Shown here in pieces: positions 57,801 through 62,724 of a stretch of DNA of 64,000 bases. The stretch comes from Perna viridis (Eukaryota), in the NCBI GenBank assembly GCA_037379345.1, contig CM074513.1, positions 24,304,001-24,368,000 of the forward strand. The letters are read 5' to 3'. Below the pieces are notes generated by a model, which did no database searches, was not told where the DNA came from, and saw only the letters and a program-made list of their open reading frames with translations. The stretch's first letter is position 1. Each line of letters begins with the position of its first letter. Position numbers and translations under genes: made by a program.

Positions 57801-59117
57801 AATTTAATTCATTGGTAATTTTTGGTTGATATAAAGGCCATAAAAAATAATATGTCTGTTTATGATTACATTCTAAACAAAAATAGGGTTGGTTGGTTGG
57901 CATATTTCTTTTATTTCTTATGCACAGGTTTAACCTTTACTTTATTTAAATCATCAGTCCTGGAGTAAAATTTTGTGGTCCACTCCATGTTTATCATAAG
58001 TATATTATTATATATATATATATATTTCTTATGGCCTAATTTTAATTCATAGTATGGCCTTACAACAAAAAAAGGTCTTTGACCTTACTCTACATTAGTT
58101 CTGTTCTTAAAAAAATCACAGGATGTTAGCAATGTTGGAAGTTACAGAAATCTTGGATATTCATACCTAATTCAACAACAGTTTTTAACTCACATTAAAC
58201 CTATGTTAATCTAGCTCCTTTGGTGCTTATTAAAAAAAAAGGAAGAGGTTCATCTAGTTATAAAATTGAGTCTGCAGAATCTTAATTCAAAGCATTTCTG
58301 TTGTACATGTTTCATATAGGAAAAAGAGTCCATTTTCAGTTGAAACTTTAGTTCAATGTCATACATTGTATACACAATATGTCTTACCCACAAAGAACAT
58401 GAGACTTTTGAACTGAAGCAACTGGTGATGCAAGAATATATTTTGCCCCACTGGAACATTCTTGAGCAACTGGAATGTTACATCTTGGCTTTTGGCAAGC
58501 CTCTTTATCCATCTGTGACAAAACTGCTGTTGTCATGGATACCATATTCTTAATCTGACTACTTTCGCACTGCTGTGTGGATATGGTGAGACATCTGTGT
58601 GTCTGTTTAGCTTGCCTGAAATTTATATCAAAACAGCTAATACTAATACATCTTTGCTATGGTCAGCAAAAGTAAGGGTTATGGTTTACATCTAAATACA
58701 TTTTCATTGGCATACATGTAGTTTCTTCCCTATTTTACACTGATACATCTTTTAATACCCCAACTATGAAACAAAGTTTGGGAATAAATAGCAATCAGCA
58801 TGATAGACCTTCATTAAAATGTACTGCCAAATAGGTCGGTACAAGTTCTAGAAATAGTTTTTTATACATATAACTTAATTATCAAAGTTTTTTCCATCTT
58901 TCATTCCATCACATTTGGAAAATTTCATGGAAACTTTATAGTAGAATTCAAATGTTGATCTGTTTTTAATGTTACTGTAAATAACAAAATAAATGTTCTC
59001 ACCGACAAGTGATAGCCATTGAAGTATCAGCAGCAACATATGCAAATCCTGTAATGCACTGTGCAACAGTATCCATATGACAATTTTTATCGTCATCTTC
59101 CTCAGATACTTGAAATC
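336..59117 (-). CDS. Giant multi-exon gene (72 exons in window, ~5,550 aa, partial at both ends): Met/Cys-rich, probably secreted protein with ~54 six-Cys helical repeats, 1 WAP and 2 Ly6/uPAR domains
   Basis: Manual splice tracing: all 72 exons are flanked by AG/GT, all 71 junction phases are compatible, and no junction creates a stop. Recurrent Cys pattern; summed exon length 16,647 nt. Confidence 0.88.
1396..1629 (-). CDS. Exon 71 (2-2)
   Basis: [20 protein letters not shown]. Confidence 0.87.
2074..2305. mobile_element. MITE family 1 (TA-flanked, TIR CCTGTTAACC..GGTTAACAGG)
   Basis: Perfect 13-bp inverted ends atacctgttaacc/ggttaacaggtat; related copies at ~9569-9830, 43804-44158, 53171-53472. 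Confidence 0.7.
2329..2562 (-). CDS. Exon 70 (2-2)
   Basis: [29 protein letters not shown]; paralog of exon 30. Confidence 0.87.
2851..2994. repeat. 37-bp minisatellite x~4
   Basis: tcaacatctgtaatacatcagttattgtttaattata, near-perfect tandem copies. Confidence 0.95.
3112..3320. mobile_element. MITE family 2 (TACTGT..ACAGTA termini)
   Basis: ~205 bp, shares internal sequence with 33274-33483 and 39577-39787; shorter relative at 6946-7120. Confidence 0.7.
3560..3793 (-). CDS. Exon 69 (2-2)
   Basis: [21 protein letters not shown]. Confidence 0.87.
4221..4329 (-). CDS. Exon 68 (1-2), opens block D2
   Basis: [36 protein letters not shown]; 109 nt like exons 9 and 34. Confidence 0.83.
4817..5172 (-). 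CDS. Exon 67 (2-1), closes block D1
   Basis: [33 protein letters not shown]. Confidence 0.85.
5190..5780 (+). repeat. Helentron/HINE-like element with three diverged ~179-bp internal tandem units
   Basis: tgacaaagtccatgtt-like motif at ~5400, ~5579, ~5760; 5' motif aactagaaaaaactgtgagc shared with ~3058, ~22768 and ~41447. Confidence 0.55.
6304..6705 (-). CDS. Exon 66 (2-2)
   Basis: [27 protein letters not shown]. Confidence 0.84.
7190..7426 (-). CDS. Exon 65 (2-2)
   Basis: [21 protein letters not shown]. Confidence 0.87.
7975..8160. repeat. Local ~115-bp direct duplication
   Basis: ggtgggttcttct..accatgaatca..tggactggtacttaaa present twice. Confidence 0.75.
8185..8463 (-). CDS. Exon 64 (2-2)
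   Basis: [23 protein letters not shown]. Confidence 0.87.
8893..9111 (-). CDS. Exon 63 (2-2)
   Basis: [28 protein letters not shown]; 219 nt like exon 43. Confidence 0.87.
9449..9539 (-). CDS. Exon 62 (1-2), opens block D1
   Basis: [31 protein letters not shown]. Confidence 0.8.
10774..10912 (-). CDS. Exon 61 (0-1): Ly6/uPAR domain 2, C-half
   Basis: [26 protein letters not shown]. Confidence 0.86.
11290..11485. repeat. ~75-bp imperfect tandem repeat x~2.5
   Basis: gaaaataaaagggatc..acaaaggtat..aaac repeated. Confidence 0.75.
11553..11635 (-). CDS. Exon 60 (1-0): Ly6/uPAR domain 2, N-half
   Basis: [28 protein letters not shown]. Confidence 0.86.
12060..13273 (-). CDS. Exon 59 (2-1), 1214 nt, ~15% Met, closes block C3
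   Basis: [24 protein letters not shown]; about 60 Met in ~405 aa (hand count). Confidence 0.9.
13545..13742. repeat. Degenerate minisatellite (ccataggcattgcccat..taca)
   Basis: About 7 imperfect copies. Confidence 0.75.
13868..14122 (-). CDS. Exon 58 (2-2)
   Basis: [20 protein letters not shown]. Confidence 0.88.
14596..15135 (-). CDS. Exon 57 (2-2), 540 nt with charged Met-rich insert
   Basis: [27 protein letters not shown]. Confidence 0.88.
15425..15746 (-). CDS. Exon 56 (1-2), Asp/Met/Gly low-complexity linker plus half module
   Basis: ..[40 protein letters not shown]. Confidence 0.86.
16676..16899 (-). CDS. Exon 55 (2-1)
   Basis: [21 protein letters not shown]. Confidence 0.84.
17471..17576 (-). 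CDS. Exon 54 (1-2), opens block C3
   Basis: [35 protein letters not shown]. Confidence 0.84.
18082..18370 (+). repeat. Dispersed repeat (core gaatatgtcaaagagacaac); inverted copy ~46810-46985, decayed copy ~30900-30990
   Basis: Shared core motif on opposite strands. Confidence 0.55.
18447..18485 (-). CDS. Exon 53, 39-nt microexon (1-1)
   Basis: ttttcag|[12 protein letters not shown]|gtgagc. Confidence 0.7.
19037..19431 (-). CDS. Exon 52 (2-1), closes block C2
   Basis: [15 protein letters not shown]. Confidence 0.87.
19454..19673. mobile_element. TTAA-flanked MITE (Kolobok-like, GG..CC termini)
   Basis: TTAA|GGGGGTAGACCTAGGGTAAGG ... CCTTACCCTAGGTCTACCTCC|TTAA, ~40-bp imperfect TIR. Confidence 0.8.
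20247..20513 (-). CDS. Exon 51 (2-2)
   Basis: [21 protein letters not shown]. Confidence 0.87.
21321..21587 (-). CDS. Exon 50 (2-2)
   Basis: [20 protein letters not shown]. Confidence 0.88.
22524..22751 (-). CDS. Exon 49 (2-2)
   Basis: [25 protein letters not shown]; missed by ORF track. Confidence 0.86.
23281..23485 (-). CDS. Exon 48 (1-2), opens block C2
   Basis: [42 protein letters not shown]. Confidence 0.86.
24574..24971 (-). CDS. Exon 47 (2-1), closes block C1
   Basis: [25 protein letters not shown]. Confidence 0.87.
25875..26031 (-). CDS. Exon 46 (1-2)
   Basis: [36 protein letters not shown]; missed by ORF track. Confidence 0.83.
26737..26936 (-). CDS. Exon 45 (2-1)
   Basis: [21 protein letters not shown]. 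Confidence 0.85.
27261..27524 (-). CDS. Exon 44 (2-2)
   Basis: [13 protein letters not shown]. Confidence 0.87.
27744..27962 (-). CDS. Exon 43 (2-2)
   Basis: [28 protein letters not shown]; 219 nt. Confidence 0.87.
28341..28428 (-). CDS. Exon 42 (1-2), opens block C1
   Basis: [30 protein letters not shown]. Confidence 0.83.
28849..29005 (-). CDS. Exon 41 (0-1): Ly6/uPAR domain 1, C-half
   Basis: [35 protein letters not shown] (KGC and C-x4-CN motifs). Confidence 0.86.
29669..29790. mobile_element. Small hairpin MITE with ~30-bp TIRs
   Basis: ggcgtcaaattcacaaaaagtcttaagagt / acacttacgactttttgtgaatttgatgcc. Confidence 0.75.
29834..29925 (-). CDS. Exon 40 (1-0): Ly6/uPAR three-finger domain 1, N-half
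   Basis: [30 protein letters not shown]. Confidence 0.85.
30192..30356. mobile_element. MITE with 15-bp TIR atcaatagacccttt
   Basis: Perfect inverted termini; internal gagcatgctc palindrome twice. Confidence 0.7.
30392..30694 (-). CDS. Exon 39 (1-1), closes block B3
   Basis: [29 protein letters not shown]; AAG acceptor. Confidence 0.84.
31125..31342 (-). CDS. Exon 38 (2-1)
   Basis: [22 protein letters not shown]. Confidence 0.84.
31989..32186 (-). CDS. Exon 37 (2-2)
   Basis: [20 protein letters not shown]. Confidence 0.87.
32812..33075 (-). CDS. Exon 36 (2-2)
   Basis: [20 protein letters not shown]. Confidence 0.88.
33274..33483. mobile_element. MITE family 2 copy
   Basis: tactgtgaaagtact..ggtatccac..tttcaca. 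Confidence 0.7.
33564..33851 (-). CDS. Exon 35 (2-2)
   Basis: [26 protein letters not shown]; paralog of exon 17. Confidence 0.88.
34095..34203 (-). CDS. Exon 34 (1-2), opens block B3
   Basis: [36 protein letters not shown]. Confidence 0.85.
34928..35017 (-). CDS. Exon 33 linker (1-1)
   Basis: tttgtag|[30 protein letters not shown]|gtaact; 90 nt. Confidence 0.72.
35176..35552 (-). CDS. Exon 32 (2-1), closes block B2
   Basis: [22 protein letters not shown]. Confidence 0.86.
35679..35781. repeat. Nested inverted repeat (hairpin), probably TE-derived
   Basis: agaaatctcagacacca / tggtgtctgagattttct with inner arms ggatttcaa / ttgaaatct. Confidence 0.65.
36203..36430 (-). CDS. Exon 31 (2-2)
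   Basis: [21 protein letters not shown]. Confidence 0.87.
36880..37240 (+). mobile_element. 5'-truncated LINE 3' end (ORF C-terminus plus 3' UTR)
   Basis: Reads [25 protein letters not shown] (36882-36959), resembling bivalve CR1-type LINE ORF tails (from memory); 3' part recurs inverted at 53277-53419. Confidence 0.65.
37400..37678 (-). CDS. Exon 30 (2-2)
   Basis: [28 protein letters not shown]. Confidence 0.88.
37916..38167 (-). CDS. Exon 29 (2-2)
   Basis: [20 protein letters not shown]. Confidence 0.88.
38569..38704 (-). CDS. Exon 28 (1-2), opens block B2
   Basis: [37 protein letters not shown]; paralog of exons 9, 48, 68. Confidence 0.86.
39070..39428 (-). CDS. Exon 27 (2-1), closes block B1
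   Basis: [21 protein letters not shown]. Confidence 0.87.
39577..39787. mobile_element. MITE family 2 copy
   Basis: tactgtgaaagtact..agtacttcacagta. Confidence 0.75.
40171..40422 (-). CDS. Exon 26 (2-2)
   Basis: [29 protein letters not shown]; paralog of exon 5. Confidence 0.87.
40573..40842 (-). CDS. Exon 25 (2-2)
   Basis: [17 protein letters not shown]; paralog of exon 4. Confidence 0.87.
41447..41642. repeat. 28-bp minisatellite x7
   Basis: aacatctagaagtactgtgatcacaaag; one mismatch across seven copies. Confidence 0.95.
41447..42070 (+). mobile_element. Helentron/HINE-like non-autonomous element
   Basis: 5' motif, two ~160-bp internal units, (GACG/CAGA)n microsatellite at ~41978-42033, then ttcctatataccccc. 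Confidence 0.6.
42279..42515 (-). CDS. Exon 24 (2-2)
   Basis: [23 protein letters not shown]; paralog of exon 3. Confidence 0.88.
42889..43113 (-). CDS. Exon 23 (2-2)
   Basis: [21 protein letters not shown]; paralog of exon 2. Confidence 0.88.
43323..43407 (-). CDS. Exon 22 (1-2), opens block B1
   Basis: [28 protein letters not shown]; paralog of exon 1. Confidence 0.83.
43646..43666 (-). CDS. Exon 21, 21-nt microexon (1-1)
   Basis: cttttacag|EMEKPSH|gtgagt with pyrimidine tract. Confidence 0.6.
43804..44158. mobile_element. MITE family 1 copy with internal 33-bp tandem array (43964-44118, ~4.5 copies)
   Basis: ta|cctgttaac..ggttaatagg|ta; unit tctcccacatgagacagtgccaatgggggagag. Confidence 0.75.
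44294..44430. mobile_element. MITE family 3 (cagtaaaacctgtctaa..ttagacag); relative at ~10096-10270
   Basis: Imperfect TIRs in two copies. Confidence 0.5.
44592..44716 (-). CDS. Exon 20 (2-1), closes short block A3
   Basis: [22 protein letters not shown]. Confidence 0.82.
45152..45251 (-). CDS. Exon 19 (1-2)
   Basis: [33 protein letters not shown]. Confidence 0.82.
45980..46134 (-). CDS. Exon 18 (2-1)
   Basis: [31 protein letters not shown]. Confidence 0.86.
47140..47376 (-). CDS. Exon 17 (2-2)
   Basis: [25 protein letters not shown]; missed by ORF track. Confidence 0.86.
47657..47771 (-). CDS. Exon 16 (1-2), opens block A3
   Basis: [39 protein letters not shown]. Confidence 0.85.
48419..48454 (-). 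CDS. Exon 15, 36-nt microexon (1-1)
   Basis: tttacag|[12 protein letters not shown]|gtaagt. Confidence 0.72.
48588..48675. repeat. ~31-bp tandem repeat x3
   Basis: aaaaaa..gctcaacagttttcc. Confidence 0.8.
49080..49265 (-). CDS. Exon 14 (1-1), closes block A2
   Basis: [27 protein letters not shown]. Confidence 0.85.
49648..49847 (-). CDS. Exon 13 (2-1)
   Basis: [25 protein letters not shown]. Confidence 0.86.
50277..50561 (-). CDS. Exon 12 (2-2), acidic tract
   Basis: [33 protein letters not shown]; AAG acceptor. Confidence 0.82.
51015..51299 (-). CDS. Exon 11 (2-2)
   Basis: [21 protein letters not shown]; 285 nt. Confidence 0.88.
51687..51935 (-). CDS. Exon 10 (2-2)
   Basis: [21 protein letters not shown]; 249 nt. 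Confidence 0.86.
52201..52309 (-). CDS. Exon 9 (1-2), opens block A2
   Basis: [36 protein letters not shown]. Confidence 0.85.
52921..52959 (-). CDS. Exon 8, 39-nt microexon (1-1)
   Basis: tttttag|[13 protein letters not shown]|gtaagt. Confidence 0.7.
53277..53419 (-). mobile_element. Short LINE 3' tail nested in a family-1 MITE
   Basis: Near-identical reverse complement of ~37095-37238; atgaga on both sides. Confidence 0.75.
54025..54165 (-). CDS. Exon 7 (1-1): WAP / four-disulfide-core domain
   Basis: [42 protein letters not shown], canonical 8-Cys WAP pattern. Confidence 0.92.
54494..54885 (-). CDS. Exon 6 (2-1), closes block A1
   Basis: [24 protein letters not shown]; 392 nt. Confidence 0.88.
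55205..55444 (-). CDS. Exon 5 (2-2)
   Basis: [20 protein letters not shown]; 240 nt. Confidence 0.88.
56017..56280 (-). CDS. Exon 4 (2-2), poly-Asp linker
   Basis: [24 protein letters not shown]; 264 nt. Confidence 0.88.
56951..57322. repeat. ~95-bp direct repeat pair (56951-57042, 57228-57322)
   Basis: aagtctt..ctgata..gattgtct.tgaagatcaaca..gtgttacaaatttaca present twice. Confidence 0.7.
57484..57708 (-). CDS. Exon 3 (2-2)
   Basis: [23 protein letters not shown]; 225 nt. Confidence 0.88.
58388..58615 (-). CDS. Exon 2 (2-2)
   Basis: [38 protein letters not shown]; 228 nt; missed by ORF track. Confidence 0.88.
59003..59117 (-). CDS. Exon 1 in window (phase 1-2), opens block A1
   Basis: tttcag|..[38 protein letters not shown]|gtgag; this frame is not the one in the ORF track. 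Confidence 0.85.
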
Positions 59118-61945
59118 CTGAAACATAAAAATAGGAAAATAAGAAAAACATTGTTGCGATTATCTCAAATATCTTCACATTCTAAATTTTCAAAAACGGA
59201 TAACTCCTGAACAGAAAATCTGAAATATAGCCTGACTGAGGTACATTTTATGCAATCAATTTTCACCAAGCAGAGTACAATTTTTACTAAATAGCAAAAA
59301 AAATGCAATTTTACATGTATTTCTGAACCAGATATCTTTTTACACGGTAGCTTGAAATGTTACCAAAATTAAAACATGCATATAAATCATAGACCTATAA
59401 CTATGAGATGTGCAACTGTTGCCTTAACTTACCAACTGATTTTTACTGCCGAAATCATGTGATACTTTCTTTGTACTTGCATTGTGTACATGTACATTAT
59501 CGCCAATTTTAGCTACATGATAACAAACAAAATTCTTTGAAACTATGGACTTATGTTTAAATTACAAACCAATTTAATTTTAAAATAATGATAAATAGTG
59601 TATTTATGGACCAAGGCTCCAGAAATTTTGACAGCCCATGCCGGACATTTTATCAAACTTCAGCAGATGTTTGTGTCAGTCTTTTACATGCTCAGATCGA
59701 AAATAAACTTCTTATGTAGTTATTTTAAGATAAAATTGGAAACTGTGTCATTTCATCACATACTCTGTCTTTTACAAAATATTAAAGTGAGTGGACGAGA
59801 TCGATCTCGACCACAGGTGGACATTCTAACATGTGAACAAAACATAGTATCTCTCAGACTTTTTCATCACATAGGCAAACAGCAGAAAACTTCCGAGTGA
59901 TGAAAAAAAATGCTGATTTTTAATGAAAGAAATTCGCTAACACATTTTGTATATTTATTTAAATGGTCTGTTGACTTCTGTGTTAAAAAGATTCAATAGA
60001 TGAATTAATTATTACAAACTACAGCTGATTCATAGTTTCAGTTTCATGTGCTTTTGTGACCTCTGAAAGATCAGCGGGAAAATGGTGGACTTTTTTTATA
60101 ATTATCAACTGATAAATGTATGAAAATTCTCAGAGTTACTTCAAATGATTCATATACACAATGGGGCAGCACGTGTACTGTTAATTCAATTATGCAATCA
60201 ACTAATCAGTTACAGGTAAATCAGTCACAGGTGGCTGCACCGGCTAAAATTGACACACACCTGTCAATTAATTTCCAATAACAAATTAGAAGACTGGTAG
60301 ACAGGATGTTTATACATTAATAAAACCATGCAGACTGTAATTTATAAGGGTTGACAATTTTTTTATGTCTGATATTGGAAAGTGGTCGTTGGTCATTTGC
60401 AGAATTTGTCGGTCAATGACCGGCATTTTTTACCGTTTCTGGATCTATGTTATGGACAGTTTTTGTTAATTGCACTTCACTGAAAATTCAAAAAGGCAAA
60501 AACATTGATTTCCAAGTACAGGCTGACCGGAGAGGTGCAGCACATCCATTAATTAACTCACTCAGAAATGGTTTTACAGGGTCAACCAAATTAGGCGGAA
60601 ATTGCCAAAATTAAAAGTAAACATATGGTAAATAAAAAAAAAAACTGAAACGGTAAAATCCGAATTGGAAAAGGCGTAACTCTGCTTTAAAGGGGAAAAA
60701 AATCATGTCTGGTATCACTATCATAAAATTTTTACACCTTTCAAGGAAGCATTCTTATATTTGTTTTAAAATGTTGTAGACACTGACAAGCTTGAAAATA
60801 GAAAATCATGGGTTTTAAGTCCACATTTAACCACATATTTCTCATAAATGGACAAAGAAATGGTGTCATTTTTACAATCGTGAAAATAATATTTAATCTG
60901 AAGAATTCTTTTGTTTAAACTTGCAGTCAGAAGGAAAGAAAACTGGATTTGAAGTGCTGTATATGAACAGAAATGATATTTTTATTCCCTGGCCTGTACA
61001 TGATCCTTACAAAAAGTGTAAATGTTGGGATATTATGATTGATATTTTGTGATGAATTAACACAGCACAATGTCTTGGAACTTGTGTTCAATAAAACTTT
61101 TTCAACTAGGAAAGGAACTGCATCATCATGATCATTTATGTTTTAAATGGCAGTAACAAAGGTAAGAAACTGAGTTTTAATTATGTCAATATCACCAGTG
61201 GTCTTGGAATGCAGGAGTGTATATAAGTCCCTGTATTAAGTATTTCCTTTTTATTACAAATCTTGTTAACAGTAATCATGTCCTGTCCCAAGCCCAATGA
61301 AAAAAAAAGTTGTCTTGTTTATCACTTTAATTACAGATTTATGATATAAACCTTTATATTAACATCATATAATATGTTAAATCAAGAAAGTAGCTTTAAT
61401 AAATCAACAAGAGATCTAGAATTTAAGTGATTGAACAAAACCAGTATACACAGTCAAAATAATTATGCTGTCTTAGGAGGCTAATTTACATGTACATATT
61501 ACTTGGTCACAAGATCTGATTAAAAAAATGCCTCAGCAAACGTCATGATTATCTGGACTAGCATACTGGTCAAAGAATAGTTCTCGCAAGCAATTCTCAC
61601 CAACTGATTTTTCATCCTTTCCAGTGAAACATTTAATTGAAACAAGTTCAGGTCCAAAACTTTAAGAAAAAAATGTCTACTGGTCCTTGGTTGAAAGTTG
61701 TTTTTCATTAAAATATTGAAAATATTGTCAGTAGGGAATTTGAGGGTTTCGAAGCGTACATGCTCCCCAGGTATTTTGAAAATTTAGAAACCTTCTCCTG
61801 CATTCCGAGAGCACTTTCTGGCAAATTCAACACTTTGTCACCATTGCCAAAAATGTACTTTTCTATGGAGGTGTTTTGTGATTTTTAATATTTAGACAGT
61901 AAGGCCAAGGAAAACTGATTGTTGGTTTCCCATAACATGTCAAGC

Positions 61946-62724
61946 CAGGCCCGTTGCCATCGGTTTTCGACATTTTTTTCTAGGGAATTTGTATCGCTGC
62001 CCACCAGTAGACACCACATGTTTCATTTACGGCATGATGCAAAACCTATTCGAGTTATCTCACTGCTATGAAATTGTCGTAAAATAAAAACAAATGAACT
62101 ACGGTAAATTGCTTTATATTTTGTATTTACGCTCGAGATAATTCGGTTTTTTCTTAAAAAACAAATCTGCCTTTTTAACAAAGCATCGCAAAAACTAATC
62201 TGGATAATAAGTTATTTCTATGTGAAAAATATGGATCTCACCCACCCCCTCAGATTTACACATATTTCAAAAACAGCCTGGGACCTTTGAAAAAAAAACA
62301 GAAACCTGTTAAAAAATGGAAAACTTTTACCCATGCTGGTCAAGGAGTAGTTCTCGCCAACCGATTTTCCATCCTCTCCTGTGAAACAAATTAATGCCCA
62401 AACTTTAAGAAAAAACATCTAACAGATTGCTAATATTTTGCTACCAAAAATAAACTATCATAAAACGGTTTACATTGAGGAATAAAATTTTGGTAAGCAG
62501 ATTGGTGAAAACTGCTTCTGTCTTGAAAACGATGATATCTACTCTCTCTGACCAGTAACAGATTGCTGTCAGCTGATTTTAAACACACCCCCCCCCCCCC
62601 CGAAGCTCCGCGGAGATAGCGTTTTAGAGCATCGTTTATGCCTCTCCTGGATGTATTTTTTTAAAAAAATGGCAAAATTAAGTGCAGGCAAAAGCTTTTT
62701 TGCCTAACGGCGGCTACGCGCCTG
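61946..62724. mobile_element. Possible non-autonomous DNA transposon (CAGGC..GCCTG termini)
   Basis: caggcccgttgcc / ggctacgcgcctg imperfect TIR, no matching TSD; internal 62330-62420 duplicates ~61560-61680. Confidence 0.35.

Noticed and set aside
58875-59126. [21 protein letters not shown].. as the gene's normal signal-peptide exon
   Set aside because: Its phase (1) is incompatible with exon 2 (phase 2), while the other frame gives the conserved Cys half-module. Kept only as a speculative finding.
184-59126. Cluster of many small independent Cys-rich peptide or toxin genes
   Set aside because: The ORFs lack their own signal peptides, their similarity stops at splice sites, and phases and Cys pairing link neighbouring exons.
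59782-60689. TTAA-flanked Kolobok-like element
   Set aside because: Termini are only weakly complementary and there is no second copy in the window.
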